Source: Archaeoglobaceae archaeon (lineage in GTDB: Archaea; Halobacteriota; Archaeoglobi; Archaeoglobales; Archaeoglobaceae). From it: 37,562 nt of DNA. Location of the stretch: assembly GCA_027066965.1 (NCBI GenBank), contig JAMOMT010000106.1, positions 1 through 37,562 on the forward strand, written 5' to 3'. The notes beneath the pieces were generated by a model. That model saw only the letters and a list, made by a program, of their open reading frames with translations, was not told where the DNA came from and searched no databases. Both the position numbers and the translations under genes were made by a program. Of this stretch, positions 1-6,692 are shown piece after piece. Within the stretch, counting starts at the first letter, position 1; every line of letters starts with the position of its first letter.

Positions 1-1047
1 CAAAATCTATTTGTAGTTTTAAACAATGTCAGCAAGGCGATTGAAGTATATAAGAAGTTGGAAAAAGAACACCATAATGTGTTTTTACTCCACTCGAGAT
101 TAATTGAAAAAGAAAAATCCGAAAGAATTCGTAAGATCAAAGAGTTAATGAAAAAAGATCAAGTTATAGTCGTTTCCACACAGATAATCGAAGCTTCCGT
201 AGATTTAGATTTTGACGCCATGCTTACCGAGGTTTCTCCAATAGACAGCCAAGTGCAGAGGTGGGGTAGAGTCCACAGAAACAGAAACTATGATTATAGC
301 AAGGATCGGCCAAACATAGTTGTGTTTATAGGCCAGAAAGGCGAAAATGGAGAACCAAAGATAGATATAGGCACTTCAAAGATTTACGATAAAAGGGTTG
401 TTGAAGCAACTATAGAAATTTTAGAAAAGCACAAAGGTGAACTTTTAGGATATGAAGAAGAACAGCATATGATTGAAGAAGTGTTCAATCAGCCTGCAAA
501 GACAGTAGACCCCGAAATCAGTAAAATCCTTACGAAAATGAGTGTGAAAAATCCTACTCTCAAAGATTTATACATAGCTGAAATTAAACGAAATCTAGAT
601 TTCCTTAAGTATTTTTCAGTTGAAAAGAAAAACCAAGCTCAAAGATTGTTTAGAAGAATTGTCGGAGTTCAGGTTGTGGTTCCAGAAATTATGAAAATAG
701 ATGGCGATGAAGTCGATAAAGTCCTCGCTAAAATAATAGAAGATCCTAGTAGCAACAAAATGACCTGGAAGGAGATAATAGACAAAATTAAAGAAAATGG
801 ACTTAATTTGGATGGTGATGAAAATAAGGAGAAATGGAAGCTAAAGAAAAGCCTACATGAGTACTCTATCAATGTTCCAGTATTCTACTGGGAAGACCTT
901 GAACGGGTTGCTACACACGAATTTAAAGGATTTTATGTGTTAAAGGTTTCTGGAGATACTGCTGAAAAATTACAGAAGTACGGCTTGGAAAAGAATGCAG
1001 TCGATGAAATAGCTAAAAAATTAGAGGAGGAAACAGAGATCCTGTAA
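1..1047 (+). CDS. cas3: Cas3-type SF2 helicase (Cas3' helicase), C-terminal ~348 aa; 5' end lies left of the window
   Basis: Frame 1 is open from nt 1 (QNLFVVLNNVSKAIEVYKKL precedes the listed TTG at 58). Motifs FLLHSRL (IV), VVSTQIIEASVDLDFD (V) and SPIDSQVQRWGRVHR (VI) fit the Cas3 helicase pattern. Stop TAA at 1045-1047. Markedly AT-rich compared with neighbours. Confidence 0.8.
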   Translation, partial: QNLFVVLNNVSKAIEVYKKLEKEHHNVFLLHSRLIEKEKSERIRKIKELMKKDQVIVVSTQIIEASVDLDFDAMLTEVSPIDSQVQRWGRVHRNRNYDYSKDRPNIVVFIGQKGENGEPKIDIGTSKIYDKRVVEATIEILEKHKGELLGYEEEQHMIEEVFNQPAKTVDPEISKILTKMSVKNPTLKDLYIAEIKRNLDFLKYFSVEKKNQAQRLFRRIVGVQVVVPEIMKIDGDEVDKVLAKIIEDPSSNKMTWKEIIDKIKENGLNLDGDENKEKWKLKKSLHEYSINVPVFYWEDLERVATHEFKGFYVLKVSGDTAEKLQKYGLEKNAVDEIAKKLEEETEIL

Positions 1048-1048
1048 C

Positions 1049-2056
1049 TTACCCAATTACTATATTCTGCCTGTACCCACACCTCGGACACCTATCCCCA
1101 TCCAGCCCGATCCGTCTGACGAAGAACCCTTCCCTCTCTATCAGCAGCTCCCCGCAGTTCGGGCAGTAAGTGTTCTCGAACTTGTGCCCCCAAATGTTTC
1201 CAGCGTAAACGTACTCTAAACCCACATCATACGCGATCTCCACGGCCATCTCTATCGTCTCCACGGGCGTTGGTGGCAAGTGAGTCATCTTGAAGTCGGG
1301 GTGGAAGCGGGAGAAGTGGACGGGAATCCTCTTATCAAGATTGTAAACCCACTCCGCGAAAGCAGCTATCTCCTCCCTGCTGTCGTTCATCGTCGGGATT
1401 ATTAAGTACGTCAGTTCCAGAAATATTCCCTTCGAGTGCATGTACTCCACTGAATCCAGAACCTCGCTCAGCTTCGCCTTGCAAACCTTCCTGTAAAACT
1501 CCTCGTTAAACGCCTTCACATCAACGTTCGCAGCGTCTAAAGCCTTCTCCTCGACGAACTGATCTAAAGCTTCTCTACTCATGTAGCCGTTCGTGACGTA
1601 AACGACGTAACCCCCCTCTTTCTTTATCCTGACGCTCGCATCCAATGCAAACTCGTGCCATATCGCGGGTTCGTTGTAAGTCCACGCAACACCATCAGCG
1701 TTCGTCTCCAGAAAAGTCTCCACAACCTCATCCACGCTCATCTCCCTGCAAGGATAGCTCAGGTCGGCAAAAGCGATCGTGTAGTTTTGGCAGTGCTGGC
1801 AGCGGAAGTTGCAGCTTATACTCCCGAACGATAGAGCCTTAGTTCCCGGTCTGAAGTTGTGGAAGGGCTTCTTCTCTATCGGATCCAAGGCCAAGGAAGA
1901 GACCAGACCATAGTTGTAAGCGTAAAGCTTACCCCCCTCATTCCTCCTGACCCTGCATATTCCCCACTTTCCCTCGTCAAGCCTGCACCTGTGCCTGCAG
2001 GTTAAGCATTCCACCTTACCGTTCAGTGAGCGGTAAAGGTACGACTCGACCTTCAT
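1049..2056 (-). CDS. Radical SAM enzyme, AmmeMemoRadiSam / PflA-activase-like family
   Basis: CNFRCQHCQN (CxxxCxxC) cluster; N-terminal Cys-rich segment CLTCRHRCRL..GICRVR; C-terminal CPNCG...CPRCG zinc-ribbon-like pair; full-length ORF with ATG. Confidence 0.8.
   Translation of the reverse strand: MKVESYLYRSLNGKVECLTCRHRCRLDEGKWGICRVRRNEGGKLYAYNYGLVSSLALDPIEKKPFHNFRPGTKALSFGSISCNFRCQHCQNYTIAFADLSYPCREMSVDEVVETFLETNADGVAWTYNEPAIWHEFALDASVRIKKEGGYVVYVTNGYMSREALDQFVEEKALDAANVDVKAFNEEFYRKVCKAKLSEVLDSVEYMHSKGIFLELTYLIIPTMNDSREEIAAFAEWVYNLDKRIPVHFSRFHPDFKMTHLPPTPVETIEMAVEIAYDVGLEYVYAGNIWGHKFENTYCPNCGELLIEREGFFVRRIGLDGDRCPRCGYRQNIVIG
1808..1831. repeat. Copy 1 of a 24-nt direct repeat (22/24 identical to 2418-2441), inside the radical SAM gene at codons SFGSISCN
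   Basis: gttgcagcttatActcccgaaCga versus gttgcagcttatTctcccgaaTga, read directly from the sequence. Confidence 0.6.
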
Positions 2057-2158
2057 GTTTAAACGTTCGTTTCGAAACTTTAAAGCTTTCAGATTTCCAG
2101 CTCTGGCACTTTGAGGGTAACTGAAATTATTAATTCAATAAGTTGCTAAACAGTTAAC

Positions 2159-2329
2159 ATGGCCGTAATCGTTCTGAACGATGAACTCCTGAAAAAGCTT
2201 AAAAAATAGGAAGAAACTCTTAACAACGTCGTAAAGAGAGTAGTAGACGTCCACGAAGAAGTCTTGGACTACATCGATGAAATGTGGAAAAAACTCCAAA
2301 AAGACAAAGAAAAGTTTATTGAACCTTAA
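2159..2329 (+). pseudogene. Small antitoxin-like ORF interrupted by an in-frame TAG (2207-2209)
   Basis: Translates as MAVIVLNDELLKKLKK*EETLNNVVKRVVDVHEEVLDYIDEMWKKLQKDKEKFIEP*. Size, charge pattern and position directly upstream of a RelE-like fragment suggest a decayed antitoxin. Confidence 0.35.
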
Positions 2330-2353
2330 AGATTATGTATCGGGTGTTATTAA

Positions 2354-2467
2354 ATGTTCCCAATCCTGTTACAAAACGTCGTTAAGTTTCTGGATAAACT
2401 GCCCGAAAAACGAACAGGTTGCAGCTTATTCTCCCGAATGACTGGATTTACGAGCATTCATCCATGA
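2354..2467 (+). pseudogene. Truncated RelE/ParE-like toxin N-terminus
   Basis: MFPILLQNVVKFLDKLPEKR resembles the N-terminal ..A.KFLKKLPKK.. signature of RelE/ParE toxins. The similarity ends where the 24-nt repeat copy starts (2418), and the reading frame then runs into the opposite-strand gene. Confidence 0.3.
2418..2441. repeat. Copy 2 of the 24-nt direct repeat, intergenic, 6 nt from the stop of the DUF6516-like gene
   Basis: See 1808-1831. On the minus strand it would read SFGRISCN, the first part of the radical SAM Cys motif. Confidence 0.6.
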
Positions 2468-2786
2468 TTTTCTTAACAACATCTATGATCGCGTTTAGAT
2501 CTTCCAGAGGGTCACCAATGAGGTTAGATGGTTTAATTGAGCCATCGCTGTCGTGGAAGTGATGAGGATGCGTTTCCACTTTAACGTGGTGAGGGGCATT
2601 ATCCCATCCAACTATCCTTTTGCCATCTTTTATCAAAGCATAGCTATATTTCCCAGTAGTTTGGCTATAATATACATCTAAAATATAATTTTTAGTTAAG
2701 TAAGCTCTAACTTTAGTTCCCAAGAACTCTACCTTTAGCACTATATCGCAGTCCAGCAGTTTCTTAGCGACCTTTTTGAGAATCAT
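2448..2786 (-). CDS. DUF6516 / TumE-like putative toxin component
   Basis: 112 aa. The His-rich core WDNAPHHVKVETHPHHFH matches my recollection of the DUF6516 (TumE family) signature. 4-nt ATGA overlap with the upstream small gene. AT-rich. Confidence 0.55.
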   Translation of the reverse strand: MILKKVAKKLLDCDIVLKVEFLGTKVRAYLTKNYILDVYYSQTTGKYSYALIKDGKRIVGWDNAPHHVKVETHPHHFHDSDGSIKPSNLIGDPLEDLNAIIDVVKKIMDECS

Positions 2787-3031
2787 TCAAGCTCTTCCAA
2801 AAGTTTCTTCAATTTTCCAAGCTCTTCAACTGCATTTCTCCACTCTATACTGTCCTCCCAAATTTCGTGGTTGTCGATTGGAACGCCTTCTTCCTCTATT
2901 TTCTTTTCCAGATCCCCCAGTGAACATCCATATTTCTTTTCGAATTTTTTGGCTATTGCCTCGTAATATTCGACCTCCTCACGGAGTTTTCTCACAATTT
3001 CCTCGTATACTCCCTTCCTTATCGAGATCAT
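2783..3031 (-). CDS. Small helical protein, putative cognate partner (antitoxin-like) of the DUF6516-like gene
   Basis: ORF 2783-3091. I prefer the ATG at 3031 (MISIRKGVYEEIVRKLREE...). Charged, coiled-coil-like. Its stop overlaps the downstream start by 4 nt (translational coupling). Confidence 0.45.
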   Translation of the reverse strand: MISIRKGVYEEIVRKLREEVEYYEAIAKKFEKKYGCSLGDLEKKIEEEGVPIDNHEIWEDSIEWRNAVEELGKLKKLLEELE

Positions 3032-3157
3032 AATAACCCCATTTCTCGTTGTTCCAACGAAGTTTATGTTTATTTCCCCACCCACCATCAACGAGCAATC
3101 AAACCTGTTAGCAATATAACAATTAACAATTAAATTAATAATTAAATCATTAAAAAA

Positions 3158-4015
3158 TCACCGATAAAGCAAAACCTTACTGCCAACATCAACTCCAACG
3201 TGCCTCGCTATAACTGGGCACTTGACCATGAGCATGTAGAAGATCCCCTCGAACTCGCTCAGCCCCTCGTAGTTCCCCTGTCCCTTCGAAATAACGACAT
3301 CGTGTTCATCAATCCAGCTCTTAACCTCGGGAGAGTTTCTCTCAACTCCCACTTCCCCGTTGGATATGAAGCGGTACTCGTCAACGACCTCGTCTATTCC
3401 AACCTGCTTTGCATCCTCTATGGTTGCATCGTTTATTATTGGTCCCGCCTTCACAACAAAGGTCACCTTCAACCTCCCGAACTGGGAGAATATCGTCTCT
3501 AAGAGTATCTTGTCAAAGACTATTTCCCCGGCATTGTCAGCAAAGTAAAGGATCGTCTTGGCAGCCTCCAGTTTCTCCCTGAAAAGGCTGTAGTCGTCTA
3601 TCGCCAGTTCCTCGCTCACAACCCCTTTCACGAAATCCAGCAGGTTGAAGTCTTCCACTTTATCTTTGTCAACAGCCCCAAAGTCTATTATGTTCCCAGC
3701 TATGGCAACCTTCACGGCAGTCTTAAGAGGATCTTCACTCTTCTCCACAAGGGACTTGACCTGGGGGTAAAGGGAGAGGGCGAGCTCGTTGCTCCTCCTC
3801 TTTATCTCCGCATAGGGGTCACCGCCATACTTCCTGACTATTGCGTGGACGACGTGAGCGAGCTCTGGAGGAGTCTTATCCCACCTCTCCTCCAATAGAG
3901 CCTCCATTACCTCCCTGAGCACTCTCTCCTGCTTTTCCTCGTCGAGCTTGCAGAACCTTGCAGCCTTCAAAGCCTGCCTCATAAAGCACGGTATGCACTC
4001 AAGGTTGAGTTTCAT
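3158..4015 (-). CDS. DUF89 / ARMT1-like damage-control phosphatase family protein
   Basis: FADNAGEIVFD and SKGQGNYEGL motifs. Start taken at MKLNLECIPCFMRQ (ATG 4015), not the upstream extension. Confidence 0.8.
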   Translation of the reverse strand: MKLNLECIPCFMRQALKAARFCKLDEEKQERVLREVMEALLEERWDKTPPELAHVVHAIVRKYGGDPYAEIKRRSNELALSLYPQVKSLVEKSEDPLKTAVKVAIAGNIIDFGAVDKDKVEDFNLLDFVKGVVSEELAIDDYSLFREKLEAAKTILYFADNAGEIVFDKILLETIFSQFGRLKVTFVVKAGPIINDATIEDAKQVGIDEVVDEYRFISNGEVGVERNSPEVKSWIDEHDVVISKGQGNYEGLSEFEGIFYMLMVKCPVIARHVGVDVGSKVLLYR

Positions 4016-4156
4016 GCCCAAACTTGCCAGGTGGATTATAATTCTCTTTCTGCTGAAGTTTGAATTAATCTGGAATTTATAAGGAGTGAAGGTCGAGAGG
4101 TCAGAGTTTCTCAACCGGTTTTAAGCCATGAGAATTGGCATTTCTCACGTCGTAAG

Positions 4157-5116
4157 TCAGTAGGTGTAAGTGTCCACGAGCCTGCCTCTGGAGTCGTACA
4201 GATAAGCCGTATCGCCGTTGTTGTTCCATATCGCTCCATCGCCCCAGTAGAGAACGTGGTCTCTATCAACGCCCTCCCCGGAGTGAACGGTAACAGTCTC
4301 GTTCGGATGTAAAGTGATGTTAGGAAACGTAAACGTGTGTCCAGCCTTATCTTCGAGCGTCCATCCGTTCATGTTGACCGTCGTGTTTCCACAGTTCCTG
4401 ATCACGACGTACTCTCCGTTCGGGTTCTTCCAGTCGTTCCCGGGAGCGTTGTAGTGAATGTAGGTTATCTTAACACGTGTCGTTCGCGTCGATTGCGTTA
4501 TTGCAGTACCAGTCGAGGTTGAGTAATTCCAAAGACCGATTCCGTGTTCTCTAGCGTAGTTTTCAAGCTTTATGTACTCCTGCTCTTTGCTGAAGTGATC
4601 TACGTAAACCCTCGCAAGTCCCTTTTTGAGGAGGAGTGCGTTGAAGTCCGTTCCATTGACGTAAACGTACGCGAGGTACCTCCCGAACTCTCCTCTAAAC
4701 CCGGCCATCTTGTCGAACTCTACATACACTGTTCTGTTGTAAAGCTCCGAGCGTGCGAACTCTTTAGCTCTCGCACCCCACTTCGCTAAGTAATTCAGGT
4801 CCGTTATGTCGTCGTATTCGTAGGGCTTGTTTCTGCTCGCAGACGTTTCCGGGCAATCCACGCCAAGAAGGCGGATTCTGTAAACTTTCCCACCAATTTC
4901 GACGTCTATCGTATCCCCATCTACGACTTTAACGACCCTCGCCCTGTATTTTTTGCTGAACTTGAATTGAGGGCTTGAAGTGCTGTTAACGTGAAAATTA
5001 GTATAATTACGCTCGTGATTTGGATGCGTGAAGTTCTGATTGTGTGAAACGGGATTTTGAACGCAACAGGTTAGGAGAACTGTTATCGCCAGCAGAAGGA
5101 CAAGTCGGACGTTCAT
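4157..5116 (-). CDS. Secreted thermonuclease (SNase-like) fused to a C-terminal lamin-tail domain (LTD)
   Basis: Signal-peptide-like start MNVRLVLLLAITVLLTCC. SNase core VVDGDTIDV...RIRLLGVDCPE...ARVYV...GLW. C-terminal NAPGNDWKNPNGEYVVIRNCG...WTLED..GHTFTFP...WNNNGDTAYLYD is typical of the LTD. Confidence 0.8.
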   Translation of the reverse strand: MNVRLVLLLAITVLLTCCVQNPVSHNQNFTHPNHERNYTNFHVNSTSSPQFKFSKKYRARVVKVVDGDTIDVEIGGKVYRIRLLGVDCPETSASRNKPYEYDDITDLNYLAKWGARAKEFARSELYNRTVYVEFDKMAGFRGEFGRYLAYVYVNGTDFNALLLKKGLARVYVDHFSKEQEYIKLENYAREHGIGLWNYSTSTGTAITQSTRTTRVKITYIHYNAPGNDWKNPNGEYVVIRNCGNTTVNMNGWTLEDKAGHTFTFPNITLHPNETVTVHSGEGVDRDHVLYWGDGAIWNNNGDTAYLYDSRGRLVDTYTY

Positions 5117-5219
5117 GAAAATTCCATCAATCAATGATATAAAAAACTAAGCATTTTTAATTTTCAAGTTTCAAATTCCAGCTGACATAAGTAACGTCGC
5201 CACTTGCAAGTTCTTACGA

Positions 5220-5927
5220 TCAGCCAATGCCGAAATCCGAAAGCGTTGGGTTCTTCTTTTTCTTCCTCAGCAGAGCTCCAATCTTCTTGAAGTCCTCCTC
5301 CAAAACCTCCTTGAGCTGAGGCTTGTAAAGAGCGGCAGCTGGATGGTAAACTGGAATTATAAACACGTCCTTGTCCCAAGCTCTAACCTTCTTTACTTCC
5401 CCCCTCTCCCTGCTTATGCCCCTAAAAGGTATGCCAAACAGGTCAAAGATGAAAGAAGCCGAGTATCTCCCCAAACATACTATCACGTCCGGTTTTATCA
5501 CGTTGAGCTGCCTTATCAGGTAAGGGCTGCAAGCTTCAACCTCCTCTGGCTTCGGATCCCTGTTGTTCGGTGGTCTGCACTTCAGAACGTTTCCAATGAA
5601 CACATCTTCTCTCCTCAACCCTATGCTCGAGAGTAGCTCGTTCAAAAGTTTTCCAGCATTTCCGACGAACGGTCTGCCCTGCCTGTCCTCCTCCCTTCCA
5701 GGTGCCTCTCCGACGAATACGACCTCAGCGTTCTCGCTCCCCTCTCCCGGCACGTAGTTCGTCTTCGCTTTCCAGAGGTCACACTTCCTGCAGTTCATGA
5801 TCTCTTTTGCTATGTCTTCAAGTGTCTCGTCAGTCTCGCTGAGGAAGACCTTCAACGTACCACCTCTGACTTCTCCAGTTTCCATTCGGCTGCGAATAAG
5901 TTTTACTGGACGATATTTACTGGACAT
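5220..5927 (-). CDS. udg: Family 4 uracil-DNA glycosylase
   Basis: CRKCDLW...VPGEGSENAEVVFVGEAPGREED..GRPFVGNAGKLL...CRPPNNRDP...HPAA. The start may instead be the ATG at 5885 (METGE..), which has a TATA-like taaatat about 27 nt upstream. Confidence 0.85.
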   Translation of the reverse strand: MSSKYRPVKLIRSRMETGEVRGGTLKVFLSETDETLEDIAKEIMNCRKCDLWKAKTNYVPGEGSENAEVVFVGEAPGREEDRQGRPFVGNAGKLLNELLSSIGLRREDVFIGNVLKCRPPNNRDPKPEEVEACSPYLIRQLNVIKPDVIVCLGRYSASFIFDLFGIPFRGISRERGEVKKVRAWDKDVFIIPVYHPAAALYKPQLKEVLEEDFKKIGALLRKKKKNPTLSDFGIG

Positions 5928-5954
5928 GCAGAGGTTACAGATTATCTGGTGATC

Positions 5955-6349
5955 TTAACGGTTTATCCACAGCACATCAGGATAAACTCCTTCAAATTCT
6001 TTGTCACCCATTACTATGGTCGCCTTTTTGTCAATAGCCGTTGCGACGCCGTTGCGACCACAAAAGCGTCTGCATAAGCTAGGCTGTGCATAGCCCTGAT
6101 TCTCCCAGCTGTTAATGCCAGACTCTCATCAACCTCCACGAATTCAATAGGTAATCTTTTTACTATCGCAATCGCTTCATTTGCCTTAACTGTTCCAAAT
6201 TCCCTCGCAGTTATGTAGTAAACTTCTCCAAGATTGACATAACACATAAACAATTTTATTTTACCTTTCTCAGCATTCTCAATTAACAATTCGACTTTAT
6301 CAGCTCCTTCCTCATCACTAAGGTATGCGAGAATGGCAAAACTGTCCAA
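5955..6349 (-). pseudogene. vapC: PIN-domain VapC toxin gene, frameshifted by an 11-bp tandem duplication
   Basis: The ORF track stops at 6014 after ..ADAFVVATASQRLLTKRRP*. Removing one copy of GTCGCAACGGC (plus-strand 6037-6047 = 6048-6058) restores ..ADAFVVATAIDKKATIVMGDKEFEGVYPDVLWINR* ending at 5955. Confidence 0.8.
6037..6058. repeat. Perfect 11-bp tandem duplication (gccgttgcgac x2) inside vapC
   Basis: Read directly from the sequence. Confidence 0.95.
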
Positions 6350-6358
6350 AAACGTAGT

Positions 6359-6595
6359 TCACTTTTTCAACTCCTTCTCCTTTTCCATCTTCTTGTAAGC
6401 TGCGATTACTTTTTCAAGCCCACCCCTGAACTTCAAAAACCCTCTACCCTTCGTTTTTGGAACGGGAACAATGACGATCTCCCCTCCAAAGTCCAGAATT
6501 TCCACGTTTTCTCCAGCTTCAATCCCGTACTTCTTCCTCAGCTCTGCTGGCAAGACTACCTGCCCCTTGGATGATACTTTAACTGGCATAGACAA
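6359..6595 (-). CDS. vapB: AbrB/SpoVT (MazE-fold) VapB antitoxin
   Basis: VKVSSKGQVVLPAELRKKYGIEAGENVEI is the SpoVT-AbrB swapped-hairpin signature. Located 9 nt upstream of vapC. Confidence 0.8.
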   Translation of the reverse strand: MSMPVKVSSKGQVVLPAELRKKYGIEAGENVEILDFGGEIVIVPVPKTKGRGFLKFRGGLEKVIAAYKKMEKEKELKK

Positions 6596-6692
6596 AGTAA
6601 TACTCTACCGAATATGTTTTACTAACTGGCAGAACTGTTGAACTTTAGAATCGGAATTGCAGAACGTGGATAATATCCAAAAACATCATCCC

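Noticed and set aside
2207-2209. In-frame TAG considered as pyrrolysine or programmed read-through.
   Set aside because: The window shows no Pyl machinery, methylamine methyltransferase context or PYLIS-like structure. The neighbouring toxin gene is also truncated, so simple decay is the more economical explanation.
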